Source: Vicugna vicugna
Taxonomy: Eukaryota
Length of the DNA: 64,000 nt
Assembly (NCBI GenBank): GCA_013265495.1
Contig: MU058444.1
Location: forward strand, 2,232,001-2,296,000
Direction: 5' to 3'
This document shows, piece by piece, positions 25,444 through 39,118 of this stretch; position 1 is the stretch's first letter; each line of letters starts with the position of its first letter. The notes beneath the pieces were generated by a model, which was not told the origin of the DNA, made no database searches, and saw nothing but the letters and a program-made list of their open reading frames with translations. Position numbers and translations under genes: made by a program.

Positions 25444-26088
25444 TGTTAGAGCAGGCAGAGAGCTAGATACGAGCAGAGAAAGGAGGACTCAGGCCAAATG
25501 GCAGGAATTGGACAGAAAGGAGGGGCACCGGCCAAATGCAGGAAACCCTACATCATGTGAGCACCAGGGGCCCCTGGGCAGAGAAGGAAAAGCAGGAACC
25601 TCTGGGCTGACGAGCGGTCACACAGTTTGGGGTGACAAGTGGTCTGGAGGTCGACAAAGAAAGGTGGGAAAAGACAGGAATCTCCAGTGTCTGAAAGTAA
25701 CCTCTTGCTCATTATGCTCTCATTTCAATAAAATTAGCCTTGCAGATCAGAAGTGCCCATCATGCACTGACACTGTGACACTTCCAATCCAGACTAAATT
25801 AGGAGAAAACTCCTCCTCCCCTCAGGAAGGTGGAGCTGGGATGAAAATCAGGGAATCTGACCCCAAACCCTTCCCTCCCCAATGAATATTCCACCCATTC
25901 ATTTTTACACCCGATGTAACCAACTTGCCAAAGACACTCAGGGCAGCCGCTCACCTGAGCCTGCCCGCCTCCCCTTGAGAGTGTGCTCTCCATCCCTTAA
26001 TAAATCCTCACTTTACTTTCTTACCCTCCCTGTCTCACCTCTGAATTGTTTCTGGGACGGGACAAGAACCTAGTCACCACCGGTAACA
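25444..26088 (+). mobile_element. Intact solo LTR (ERV1-type, 645 bp)
   Basis: TGTTA...TAACA inverted termini; perfect 4-bp TSD aaag/aaag; aataaa at about 25999 followed by a U5-like pyrimidine-rich tail. Confidence 0.85.
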
Positions 26089-26904
26089 AAAGGGTCACTG
26101 GTTCCTTTACGTCCCCACAAAACAAAAAAGAAAGGAAACTCTGAGAGCATGCTGAGAGTCTGATCATCTCAAAATACATTCAAGACCGCACATGACTTTG
26201 AAATATGTACCGAGAGAATGCTTTAATATCAAAATCTCTGAATGCAGAATTCAGAAAAATACAGGCTTCAGAAACAGTTAAAATCAAGTTCTTCCACTTA
26301 ACCAGCTACGTGAGCTGAGGGACTCGACTTAACCCTCCCTGAGCCCCAGGTGACACAGGTCTATTCGATGGAGCCAAGTGCTAGGAGATGCCACAGGAAG
26401 ACAGCCCGACCACTAACTCATAAGATGACAGTGCACCCCCAACCCCTCCACTGTCTCCTTCCCAAATCACAAAAAGTCCATCTCGCATCCCAAACGTTGT
26501 ATACAACCGTGTTGGGGTTTTAGCAGAGAACAGAGGCAGTATTCACTTAAACAGAAAAGCATGTATCTCCTTGACACAATGGCACAGTAATCAGATCATT
26601 TCATGAGATGCTGCAGCTGGATGACAAAAACTATGTCCCTAAGAAAAGGCCAGTAGATCTGCCTCTTCTCTGCTGTCTTTATTCGTCAATCCGAGCCTGG
26701 ACCAAAAGACCACTGTTGCATCTGCAGACAGACATGGTCCTCAAGGGGTCCGCACGGTGCTTCCTACTGGAGTGGACCAGAGACAGCACGGTGGTCACAG
26801 TGGACAAGGTGTCCAGCACTGCTTCTTCCACACGGCTTTGGGTTTCGTCTCCCTCACAGGTTTCTACCTGTGTTTAACAACTAAGATTAAGAGCTGTGTT
26901 TGTC

Positions 26905-27551
26905 TAAAACCAGACTTACCCCATGATCCAGCAATCGCACTCCTGGGCATATATCCAGAGGGAACTTTAATTTGAAAAGACACATGCACCCCAGTGTTCA
27001 CAGCAGCACTATTTACAATAGCCAAGACATGGACACAACCTAAATGTCCAACGACAGATGACTAGATAAAGAAGATGTGCTATGTTTATATAATAGAATA
27101 ACTACTTGGCCATAAAGAAGAATGAAATAATGTCATTTGCATTCTATATGGATGGAACCAGAGATTATCATATTAAGTGAAGTAAATCAGAAAGAGAACG
27201 AAAAATCCCATATGATATCACTTATATGTGGAATCTAAAATAAAAGGACATAAATGAACTTATTTATGAAACAGAAACAGACTCACAGACATAGAAAACA
27301 AACTTACGGTTACCGAGGGTAAAGCGGGGGAGGATAACTGGGAGTTTGGGATTTGCAGATACTAACTACTATATATAAAACAGATAAACAACAAAGTCCT
27401 ACTGTACAGCACAGGGAACTATATTCAATACCTTGTAATAGCCTATAATGAAAAGAATATGAAAGGAATATATATATGTATAACTGAATCACTATGCTGT
27501 ACACCAGAAATTAACACAACACTGTAACTCAAGTATACTTCAGTTTAAAAA
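26905..27551 (+). mobile_element. Young L1 3' end (ORF2 C-terminus and 3' UTR) followed by a (TG)n tail
   Basis: ccatgatccagcaatcgcactcctgggcatatatccagag...tgctgtacaccagaaattaacacaac; flanks tgtgtttgtct and tatgtttgcct. Confidence 0.9.
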
Positions 27552-28574
27552 ATTTATATATGTGTATGTATGTGTGTGTGTGTGTGTTTGTGTGTGTGTA
27601 TATGTTTGCCTTGAGGTTTAGGAACAGTTCATACAAGTAAATGCTTGGTTCTTTCCCTTTATTTCAAGTTTTCAAAATAGTAAGTTGGTTCCCTAGACTC
27701 TTCCAGGACTAGATGGCTAAAAGACACATTGGGGGGGGGAGTAAGGGGGAAGCTGTATATTCCTAAATTTCTAGGTTTTGATGAGCTATATTTTGAGTTA
27801 GAGAAAACACAAGAAAAGTGTAACAAGGAAACAGATGCTCTGTTTTGATCACAGAAAGTTAAGCAGGTGGATACAGTGGTCTGAATGTCTCTTATATTTT
27901 AGATTTTTGGTTCTGATATATGTTCTGTAGTTTATAGTTAGTAAATCTCTCTGGTAAATCAGATGCTAATTGCTAAAGGGAAATATGATGAAACCTGAAA
28001 AAAAGTTAAAAAAATGTTTTTGCCTTTTAGAAAATAATGTGCTGGCTTTTCCATTCTCCTTTAAGTAATAAGTTTTTAAAAATACTCTGCAAAAAAAAAA
28101 TGACCTTGTTTTTCAATCTCATGCATTTTGTGAGAAAATATGGGAAGAATGTAAATAAAGCATTCACACTAGTCATCACGGGAAAAGGAGGACTGCGCAA
28201 GAGAGAAACAACTTTAATTGGTCCACCTGTTGCAACAACTGTGTGTTACTTTCATTAATTGAAAGATGATTGACAGCAACAATTTACAAGCGAGACAATT
28301 TTCAGAGTCCAAGAATGATGGGCGATTCCTTTGCTCTCAGATGTTGAAAGACTATCTACGCCTTGATAAGCCAGCAATGATGAGACAAAGGAGAATTTGC
28401 AGTGCCCCTGGGGGCCCTGCTGATGGACTGATTACTGAAAAGTGAGGAAAGACCACAAAAACACTTCATAAGCCTGGGGAGGGTAAGTGATAAGCTAATA
28501 GCTTTTATTTTGCACAAGAGGAGACCCTCAAGGGAAGAACTGACCTTTTCTATCAAAAAGGTTTGCACCAAAAT

Positions 28575-28778
28575 TTAGATCTGCAAAGTTAACCACTATA
28601 TACAAAAATAAATAAAAAACAAATTTCTTCTGTAGAGCACAAGGAACTATATTCAATACCTTATAACAACCTTTAATGAAAACGAATATATGTATATATA
28701 TGCATGACTGGGACATGATCTGTAGACCAGAAATTGACACATTATAACTGACTATAGTTCAGTTAAAAAAAAAAAAAG
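28575..28778 (+). mobile_element. L1 3' end with TSD
   Basis: TSD aaaaaggtttgcac / aaaaagttttgcac; poly-A tail. Confidence 0.85.
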
Positions 28779-29473
28779 TTTTGCACTGGAGCTTTGAAAT
28801 GTTTCTGTTGGCTTTCTTAAATGGTATTCCAATGACTTAAATTACTAAATTGTTTGGTATTTAAATATGGGGTTTTTTTTTAACACTTTTATTAAGAAAT
28901 AAAGGAAATTAAGTCTGTTTATCTAAATGGCCCAACCAGAAGGCTATCACCACTGGCTTTGAGTCACTGAAGGAGTCAGGGGAGGAAAAGATGACAATAA
29001 GGTGCAGACAGGTTACACTGGCCCACCCCCACCCCCACCCACCACGGGCTCGCATCTAGACCCGCCTGAAGATTTTCCTCTCTGTTGTGATAGGGTGAAT
29101 TCAAAAGGAACCTCACTCTAACAGAAAAATATCAAGAGAATATTAATTCTAAACCTCTAAACATGAACATTTTCAATGAAAATGCACCACATAAATACTC
29201 AAATGCAAACATAACCTGCGGAAACAGAATCTAGAGATTCATCCGAAATCGATCTGCTAAGTAAATAAACACCAGTGTAGTAGAAACGATAACTCCCTTT
29301 AAAAAAAGAAAGAATCAAATAACTGTAATGACTCCAGGATGATTAACGGAATCAAAGGATGGTTCCATACACAGCGAGCATCACTGCAGGTGGCATCTGT
29401 CAGTCACGCCCTTCCTGGATGCCTCATCTTCCCATCACAGCAACAGTCTTGTTTTGGTTTTGGGGTTTTTTTT

Positions 29474-29597
29474 TTGAGGTGGGTGATTAGGTTTATTTAT
29501 TTATTTATTTATTTATTTTAATGGCAGCACTGGGGATTGAATCCAGGACCTCCTCATGCTAAGCACAGACTCTACCCACGGAGCTATACCCTTCCCC
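29474..29597 (-). mobile_element. Vic-1-like SINE
   Basis: Reverse-complement SINE with (TTTA)n tail; TSD gcaacagtctt on both sides. Confidence 0.88.
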
Positions 29598-30966
29598 TCT
29601 CTGCAACAGTCTTTCTTTGAAAGATCAACCCTTCCAGGGTGCAGGGTTTCTTTGGAAGGATGATAAAAGTATTCTAAAATTGATTACAGTGGTGGTTGCA
29701 CAATTCTGTGACTATTCTAAAAACCACTGAATTGTACACTTTAAATGAGTGAAATGCATGTATGTGAATTATATCTCAGTAAAGCCATTACCAAAAAAAA
29801 ACAAAAACAGAAAACAAACAACTGGGGGTAGTTAGTTCTTTATAAACTCGTTCCTTACAGAAACAAAGATATAGAATAATTCATGCTTAAAATGAGATTC
29901 TGACTACAGAAAGATGACATTTCCAAGCAAGACGGCAGAAAAAGGACTTAATTGATGAGCTTAGTACTAGAGAAATGGCAACTCTGTCTTAATTTCTTAC
30001 ACAGGAAAAATGACACTTTCTCATTTCCTAACATTCCCTAAATTCAAGTAAAATCCACCCTGATCCATGAAGACGTGCAGTCGCTGTATATTACAAATCT
30101 ACTTACAGATACATTTGCAATTTTTACTTAACTTTTAATTTCGAAATAATTTCAGACTTACAAAAATCGTACAAAGAATTCCCATATACCCCTTCATCCA
30201 CACGCTCCAAATGTTAAGACCTTCATCCGTCATCACATGAGCAAACCACTGAAGTGACTTAAAATGCCTACAGGGATAGATCAGAAGAAGCAAAAAACAG
30301 TTATTAAAGAGAAATACTCCATTTCCATAAGTTATAAGCTTTCTTGGAGGCGAGGGGAGATTAAGAAGTTGACGTGAGCCTTCATCGGAAAACACACTCC
30401 TTTAATGGCTTCTCCCTGGCTAATCACTAAATGGAAACGCCAACTGCACATGCAGATGGAACACCGCTGTCAGATGCTGATCAGGAGATGCCCGGGGAGA
30501 GGGGACTGCGGTCTAGGGAATTAAAACTCACTGCTGCCCTACAGGCAAGAGGTGGGGGCAAATACAATGCCTGCTCGTGCTCATAATCATCCTGGCACCA
30601 GACGTCAGTGTGTCAAATGAACACATGGTACGCTTTAAATTTCCACGATGTTTCATGTCAGTTATGTCTCAAAAAAGCTTAAAAACCATTCCTGCAACTT
30701 TTTAAAAAGAGAGATCCTTAAGCTTCACCTTCAAAGATGCATTCAGACCTGGGGTGGGGTCCTGGCGTCTCAACCCCAGGTTACAAGGCTGTGACAAAAA
30801 CAAGCTTGAACTCTCACAGAGGCTTAAACCTCCTTCTGACAACTCGGAAAAAGATGAATCAGGCTTCCACTCACTGAGCCCTCAAATCAAGAAATAAGAT
30901 CTTAACATCACAATCACTTTTCACCAAATAATCATACACAGAAGCTTGACTTATGAACTGAATAGA

Positions 30967-31200
30967 GGGGGTGGGAACGTGGCTCGGTTGCTGGAGCACG
31001 TGCTGAACATGCGCAAGGTAAATGATTCGTCCCCAGTACCTCTATTTTTAAAAAAGAAAAAAAAAGCGGGGGAGGGTACAGCATGCAGGAGGTCCTAGGT
31101 TCAATCCCCAGTACCTCTACTTAAACAAACAAACAAACCTAATTTCCCTGCCCCCCCACAAAAAAATTTTTTAAAGCAGGCAGGAAAAAAAAAAAAGAAA
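30967..31200 (+). mobile_element. Two tandem Vic-1-like SINE units
   Basis: Unit 1 at about 30967-31050 and unit 2 at about 31068-31158 (internally deleted); outer flanks aactgaataga / aactaaataga. Confidence 0.75.
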
Positions 31201-31899
31201 AAGAAACGAAAATTAACTAAATAGAGCTTTTGCTTTCAGTACTCATTAATGTATTAATGCACCTTACAGCTGAGCATCTAAAACCTCAAAAGGAATTTGT
31301 ACTAGGTACCCATTCTTCTGCCTGCTCACGGCACAGATGTCAACCTTAAGCATTAGTGAGAATATTTTAAAACACTCACTCACATAACTTGAAAGTTAAA
31401 AGCAGCTTTAGAAACCATCCTGCGTGGCTTGCTGCCTTCTCCTGACCCCAGCAGAGACTCACACAACAGAAATGGGCTTCAAAAGCAGCTCCTCCAGGGT
31501 CCAGCACCAGAGCTGCCATTGCAAACCTTGAATACGGAGACCCCCCCATTCACGTCTAGTACTACACCCCTTAATGCAGTCTGTGCACGTCTGTCTCCAT
31601 CATGAGCATACTTCTCTGGAGCCGGGCATCCTGCCTTAACTCCTTTGTACTCCCCTTTCAGGGTCACCCCCTCAATAAATGTCTGCCTAACAAGACACCA
31701 TGAAAACAAGAAAGTGATTTTTCTTGATTATTTCATCACATTCATTCAACAAGCACTTATTTTAACACCTAGTCTGTCCTGCACCACGGATAAAACAAAT
31801 TTATGAGAATAACTAACACCTTGGCAGAAATCACTTCCTCCTTGTCTTTCCTTAGGAGTTTGGCATCTGTGGCCATATGTTGTACCTTCTTTTGATGTA

Positions 31900-32052
31900 T
31901 GTATTTTATTGACGTATAGTCAGTTTACACTGTTGTGTCAATTTCTGGTGTGCAGCACAGTGCCTCAGTCATATAGGAACATATATATATATTCGTTTTC
32001 ATATTCTCTTTCGCCATAAGTTACTACAAGATATTGAATATAGTTCCCATGT
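31900..32052 (-). mobile_element. L1 3' end
   Basis: ttattgacgtatagtcagtttacac...gaatatagttccc. Confidence 0.85.
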
Positions 32053-32540
32053 GTTGTAACTTTCTCCTTACATAGTCCAGACATACTCACATATGCATTA
32101 ATTCATGCCTCATGGCTCTGATTATTTACCTAATCACGTCAAAGTGCTTCCTCTCTCTGCCTGGATCAAGTCAACAGGTCCTAGGTTTTCCCTATGATCC
32201 ATGTAAGAGAGAGAGAGAGAGAGAGAAAGAGAGAGCAGGCTAAAGCGGTCACCTTGTAAACTACCATTTACTCCAAGAGACACTGGTCCGATCTCACAAG
32301 GACCTCTCCTGGTGTATCACTACGTGTGCTGACCATTCGAGAATGTACTCACATTAAATCCACAGTTCCCTAAGGTTTGGAAACATTTCGGTTACTCTAA
32401 TGTGATTGAGCAGAATAAATACACAGATTCACAACAATCCAACCTAACTAGCAGTGGGTACAGTTCAATAAGAAGAAGTCACCCGCTAATCTAACCGTCT
32501 GTGCCTGAGTACCCTTCCTGACAGCCAAGGCCTCTCCCAC

Positions 32541-32572
32541 CACACGCACACGCACACGCACACGCACACGCA
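32541..32572. repeat. (CACACG)n alternating purine-pyrimidine repeat
   Basis: cacacgcacacgcacacgcacacgcacacgca. Confidence 0.9.
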
Positions 32573-34787
32573 GTCCCAGATGCCTCGGGAAGAGACACAG
32601 ACACCGCCGTGGCCTGACCCCTCCCACCTGGACAGCAGCCGCTCTCAAAGTCACTGCCCAGTGGCCCTGCGCCGCCTAGCGGCCAACCTGAAAAGTGCAA
32701 GTAGCCCACCTACAAAGGAGCAAGCATATTTTCCAAGATTATTGTTTCGGTCAAACCACTTAAACAGCAAATAACGTTTGCTCTTCTGCTTGGCCACCTC
32801 CTTCGGTCACTGTCACTCTTCTCTAACTTCAGATGCCATCCCGGGCTTTGGCAGGGACAGCTCCCTCCCTGGGCCGGGGCTCCTCATCTGTAGGAATGAC
32901 AGGGCTGTGGTCCAGGATCCCGGAGACCCCACGACCTGAAGGTCCCAATACCTTATTGTCTCAAATAAATGCGCATCTGCTATTGAGGGCCACACGGGAA
33001 ACACCTATTTTCAATGAGATTTTCCAAAGCCCAGCCTCCACCGCCTTTACCACTTAACCTCTCTGCTGATGTCATTCCCCACTCAACCCCCAATTCTGTG
33101 TTTCAAACATAGTTTTCATTTCATCACAGATGTGGCCATGGAGGTGCAATAACTCAGGACTTGTGAGTGTTCTCTTCAACGGACCATCCTAGAATTACGG
33201 TAAGACGTCAATGCAGGAAGAAGTCAGGCAAGAGCTAGAACCTCCAGCAAAGAGAACGAACCCCACCCCACCACCCGGTAGAAATATCAGAGGACACAGA
33301 GGCGAGCCAGGCACCATAAAGGGGGTGGGGAGAGAACAGAGGTACGTGCACAAGTCAGATGGGAAACTGGCGGTTTCTGGGTCTCAAGGCAGAGATTAGA
33401 TAAGCGGCAGCAGAAACCCCCCCTGCTTCGGGAGTGGACGTCCAGCGACGGTGCAGAATGGATTGTGAGACCTGACGGAGATTCTGCGGCGCACCAGACA
33501 GACCCGAGTCAAAGAAAGGACTAGTGTCTGGAAGATGCCTCCAAGGGTCTGAGTGAGACTTCAATTTTTGGTCCCTGACAACCAGCAGGAGGAGACTTTC
33601 TAGCCGTGGGGCGCCAGCAGCCTCGCGTCCACCTGCCCAAGCAGGAACAAAGGCATCCCTCCCTTCAAAATAACACCAAAACCGAACCTTCTCAAAACAC
33701 CTCAATAGCATTTCCTCTCCCGACTTACTGGGCCAGTTTGGCTTGGGATTCACTCTGTTTTCAGGAACCACGTGCGGGTGGAGAAACTCTGGTCTGGGTC
33801 TGGCTCAGCTGAGCATGTGCACCACACATACCACGACCTCACAGCCCCAAAACCCACCGTCTGGGCTCACAGTGGAAGCTGGACCTTGTTTTCAAAGACC
33901 ACTAACCGAAGCGTGGCCGCACACTGGGCGAACACGGACTGGCCTGAGACTTCAAGTCAAAGGCCACTTACTTAGTATGACTTCTGTGGTAAAGGATGAA
34001 AAGCGTTTTCTTGTAACACAAAAGCACGTGGGTATAATGGCCCCCACGTTTCATCACCTGCCTGGATCCTCAGTATCACAGGCATTCGTGGACAATGCAC
34101 TGCCTCTGATAATATGCATTCTTTCAACACTTAATGAGCACCTACTGCATGCCAAGTACCAAGCAGGCTGGACACCGGGATACAAAGGTGGGTAAATCAG
34201 ATCTGGCTTTGAAATCCTGGCTATCTTGTTGTTCAGGAAGACAGCAGATACACAGGCCTTCCTCTGCCATTTCTGCAGTGTCTTTAACTGGTCACTCAGA
34301 GAAATTCCAGTTCTCTTAACTGAGAAACACAAGTGGAAAACTTGTTTTAAAAATCTAATGGGTCAGTGGTTTTTCTTCTATTTTGACATGACTGGGGCTG
34401 TGAAGCTTCTCATGAACAACACAGTCACGAAGACTTATTATTATCACCACAAGCAGCTGCACCTTGTCAGAAATCAATACACTCCCTCAAACATTAGCTT
34501 AGTTTGGTTTCGATTTCAACTTCCTCGCATGAGGCCCTGAGTTGAAGGGTCAGGTAAGATCAGACACATTGGCACCAGGCATTCCCTATGGGATGCCAGC
34601 TCATTCATGCATTCATTGACTTTTGAAAATGAATATTTATTGAAAATCTGCTGTTTTATCTGCTGAAGACACAAGAGCCAATGGGACAAAGAGCCCTGAC
34701 ATTTGGAAGTAAATTCTAGCAGAGAGAGATGATAACGCAACAGCAATAAACCTAGAAATAAGTATGTAGGGTTTTAAAAGTGGTAAT

Positions 34788-34900
34788 GGGGGAGGGTATA
34801 GCTCAGTGGTAGAGCACGTGCTTAGCATGTGCAAGGTCCTGGGTTCAATCCCCAGTACTGCCATTAAAGATTTTTAAAAACAAGGAATTACCTCCCCCCT
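34788..34900 (+). mobile_element. Vic-1-like SINE (near-consensus head)
   Basis: ggggagggtatagctcagtggtagagcacgtgcttagcatgtgcaaggtcctgggttcaatccccagtactgcca. Confidence 0.92.
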
Positions 34901-35004
34901 AAATAAAATTTAAAAATAAGTTAGAATTTTAAAAATAAAATATAATTTTTTTAAAGTGATGACAGCTATGAAGAAAATGAGCTGGTTAGGAGAGACTGAG
35001 GGTA

Positions 35005-35572
35005 TCTAATTTGAAAAGACACATGCACCCCAGTGTTCACAGAGCACTATCTACAATAGCCAAGACATGGACGCAACCTAAATGTCCATCAAAAGATGAC
35101 TAGACAAAGAAGTTGTGGTTTATTTATACAATGGAACACTACTTAGCCGTAAAAAAGAAAAAATAATGCCATTTGCAGCAACATGTATGAACCTGAGATG
35201 GTCATTCTAAGTGAAGTCAGCCATATCACTCATACATGGAATCTTAAAAAAAAAAAAGACACAAATGAACTTATTTACAAAACAGAAACAGACTCACACA
35301 CTTACGGTGACCAGGGGGGAAAGAAGGTGAGAAGAGATAAACTGGGAGTTCAAGATTTGCAGATACTAACTACCATAGATAAAACAGATTTAAAAAGACA
35401 AATTTCTTCTCTATAGCACAGGGAACTATATTCAATATCTTGCAGTAACCTATAATGAAAAAGACTATGAAAAGACTATGTATGTATATGTATGACTGAA
35501 ACATGATGTTGTACACCAGAAATTGACACAACATTGTAAACTGACTATATACTTCAATAAAAATGTTTTAAA
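35005..35572 (+). mobile_element. Young L1 3' end with TSD
   Basis: TSD gagagactgag / gagagattgag around a standard L1 3' UTR. Confidence 0.9.
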
Positions 35573-36059
35573 AAGAGAGAGAGATTGAGAGTGTAGAGGT
35601 TGAAGGGGAGAAGGGGACAAGCTGGAATTTCAAATAAGATGACCAGAAAGTCCTTCCTGGAAGTTGGTGTGGGACTAAGACCTGAAAGAGATGGAGGCGG
35701 TAGCCATGCAGGCATCCGGGAGAAAGACATTCCAGGCAGAAGCAACAGCTACTGCTGAGGCCCCAAGACAGGGCATGCTGGTATGTTCCAGCAAGACCAA
35801 GGAGGCTGCTGTGTGTAGAAGGAAAAGGCTGACGGGCAGAGTATTCAGCGATGAGGTCCGAGAGGTAACAGGAGAGCTGGAGGACCACGTAAGTCATTTC
35901 AGGGAGCTTCCGTTTGCCTCTCCCTGAAATGGGAAGCCACTGGAGGGATTCTGGCAGAGTCACAGATCTGACTTATGTTTTAAAAGACCCCCATTGCTGC
36001 TATATTGGAAAAAAATTCTCAACAAAGAATATTTACCAAGTGCTTATTCTTGAGTTATG

Positions 36060-37785
36060 AAAAAAATGATTCCAACCCAGAATGGCCAACACAATACTGA
36101 AGAATAACAAAGTTGGAAGACTGACACTACTCAACGTCAAGACTGAGGTTAGAAAGCTGCAGTGATGAAGACAGTAAGTACTGGAGAGAAAGCAGACCTG
36201 CAGATCAGCAGGACAGAACAGAACCCCCAGAAACAGAACAGCACACATGCAGCTAACTGATCTTCGACAAAGAAGCAAAGGCAGCTCAACAGAGAAAGGA
36301 CAATCTGTTCAACAAATAATGCTGGAACCGGACACTCACACGCAAAATATGTGAGTCCAGGCACAGATCTGTCACAGAAATTGACTGGAAATGGGTCACA
36401 GACCTACACGTAAAACCAGAAAACGGCTGGAAGAAAACATAGAAGAAAATCTAAGTGACCTTGGATTTGGTGATGACTTTTTTTTTAACATGTTTTATTG
36501 AGTTAACAACCCAAGAAAGAGAAAACCAGTAAGGTGGGCCTCAGTAAGGTTCAAAACTTCTATTCAGCAGAAGTCACTCTTAAGAGAACAAAAAGACAAA
36601 GCCACAGACTGAGAGAAAATATTCGCAAAACACATTTCTGAACAAGGACCCTTATTCAAAATATACAAAGAACTCTTAAAACTCAACAGTAAGAAAGCAA
36701 ACAATCCAACTGCAAAGCAGGCGAAAGATCTGAACAGACATCTCCCCAAAGGAGAGAGACAAATGGAAAAGAAGCACATGTAGAGATGCTCCAAATCGTA
36801 TGGCATCAGGGAACACGAACCAAAACAACGACGAGATGCCACTACGTACCTGTTAGGGTGGCCAAACTAGAAAACACTGGACAACACCAGATGCTGACAA
36901 GTACACGGAGCAACAGAAACGCTCATTCATTTTTTTAAAACATTTTTTTATTGAGTTATAGTCATTTTACAATGTTGTGTCAAATTCATTGTTGATAGAA
37001 ATGCAAACAGTGCAGCCAATGTGGAAGACAAGTTTGCAGTTTCTTCGAAAGTTAAACAGTCTTACCACACAATCCACTAACCACGCTCACAGCTATTTAT
37101 TCAGGTGAACTGAAAACAGGTGCACACAACAGTATGGGCACGAATGTTTATAGGAACTTTACTCATAATTGACAAAAAAATCGAAAGCAATCAAGAAGTC
37201 CTTCAACAGGTCAATGGTATAAACATCCAGATAATGGAATATTATTCACGAGTGAGGACACACATTTTTTAAATTTTTAAATGCTAAAAAAAAAAGAAAA
37301 GAAAAATGAGCTATCAAGCCACAAGAAGATACAGAGGAACCTTAATAATATATTGCTAAGTGAACAAAGCCAATCTGTAAAGGCTACCTACTGTATGAGG
37401 CCAACTACAGAACATTCTAGAAAAGGCAAACCTAAAGAGAAAGAGAAAAAGTGAGTGAGGGGAGGGAGGAAGAGAGGGATAAACAGGGGGACCCCAGAGA
37501 AATTTTAGGGCCATCTGGACGATAGCGTCACGGTAGGTAAGAGACGTTTCCCATTTGTCAGAACCCACAGGGCTTCACAACACCCTGATGGGAACCACTC
37601 ATTTTGGTTAACAATAATACATCACTGCTGGTTTATCAGTTACAATCACTGCACCACACAAATACAGAATGTTAACTGAACAACAAGGGACACTGTGGGA
37701 GAATGCAGTCTATGGGGACTCTGTATTTTACACTCAACTTTTCTGCCAACGTAAAACTGCTCTAAAAGTCTATTAATTGAAAAAA
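36060..37785 (+). mobile_element. Old L1M (MC/MB-type) ORF2 3' part and 3' UTR, with two tiny younger L1 tails inserted (about 36478 and 36930)
   Basis: aacaaagttggaagactgacactac, caactaactgatcttcgacaaag-like and aaggctacctactgtatgaggccaactac motifs. Confidence 0.8.
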
Positions 37786-38759
37786 TGATTCCTGCCCTCC
37801 AAACACTTAGCCTCACAGCACTTTATTATCCACATCCTGCCCACTTCCAAAACGGGGTTAAGACAACACACAGAAGAAGGGAACGAAAGGTAGAAATAAA
37901 ACACCAAGCACCATGAGGAAGGAAAGCGACCGCAACTCTTTCAGAGGTTTTAGCTGAAGAGTTACTTCTCCATATCCCTTGGCTGACTTCCCTCCATCAG
38001 ATGCCACCCGTCCGCCCACCGCCCCACGCATCCGCCCTTCACAGCGCCCGCCCCGAGCATAACTTCACAGGTGTGTGAGGATTCCATCAACGGCTGCCCC
38101 ACGTGGGCCCCTCAAAAGCAGATACAGGAGTTCAGGGATCCGACAGGAGCCAGGAAGCCGGAAATCTAGTAAACTGCGGAACAGAGAAGTTAAATAACAG
38201 AACATCCCAGCTGAAAAAGGCACAACCAGGACTTCCACAGCTGGACTGCGACTCCAAGGCCCTGTGGTCTTGCTACTGTAAAGGATGACATAATATTTGA
38301 TCTGAATGTTACCTTCAAGCTGTCCAAGGCAGTGAGCGATGCCACCAACATGGCTTAGTGGTCAAGCTGGAAACCAGCCTGATTTAACCAAAAAGGAGAT
38401 AATGGCTCCTAATTTCAAACCCTGTGAATCAATGAAAACCCGGAGTGTGAGGGGCCCTATTCTATTGCGTACATCTTCCTGGGGCTGGGGCTCCGGTCCA
38501 CTAGCGATACATCACTCCACCATGCAGGATGTACTCTGCCCTGCAAAGTCATAAGGGCTTAAAAAGATGAGCTAGAATCTTCCCCAGATGAATTTTTGCT
38601 GGACCTTTAAAACATGACTTAGAAAAAAAATCAATTTAATTAAATATTTTAAAAATGTGATTTGGTAAAACCTGCTGCCTTTAACATGTAAACAAGGAAA
38701 TGACCAGCCAGGAAACTCAGTTATCGAGAAGTAAGGCAGAAGCTGGAGACGCGAGAGCT

Positions 38760-39118
38760 CTATTGGGAGAGGGAGGGAGGGAGGAATAGATGGAGCACAA
38801 GGGATTTTTAGGGCAATGAAGTTATTCTGTGTGATGCTACAGTGGTGGCTACACGTCATTATGCGCTTGTCAAAACCCACAGAATGTACAACATAAGAGT
38901 GAACCCTAATGTAAACTATGGAATTTGGTTGATAATAATGTGTGCATGTTGGTTCATCGATTGATCGATTGTACCAAATAAGCCACACTGATGAGGGATG
39001 TCGAGGGTGGGGGAGTATATATGTGTGGGTGGGGAAGGCTTTGTGTAAACTCTGTATTTTCTGCTCAATTCTGCTGCAAACCTGAAACTGCTCTAAAAAA
39101 ATAAAGTCTATTAAAAAC
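38760..39118 (+). mobile_element. L1MC-type 3' end
   Basis: gtcaaaacccacagaatgtacaacataagagtgaaccctaatgtaaactatgg...aaactgctctaaaaaaataaagtctatt. Confidence 0.8.

Larger units (their letters stand above)
34610..36000 (+). mobile_element. L2 remnant interrupted by a SINE and an L1
   Basis: cattcatgcattcatt...aatatttattga, and ggagaaagacattccaggcagaagcaacagc...gggaagccactggagggattctggcagag, are typical L2 motifs. Confidence 0.7.
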
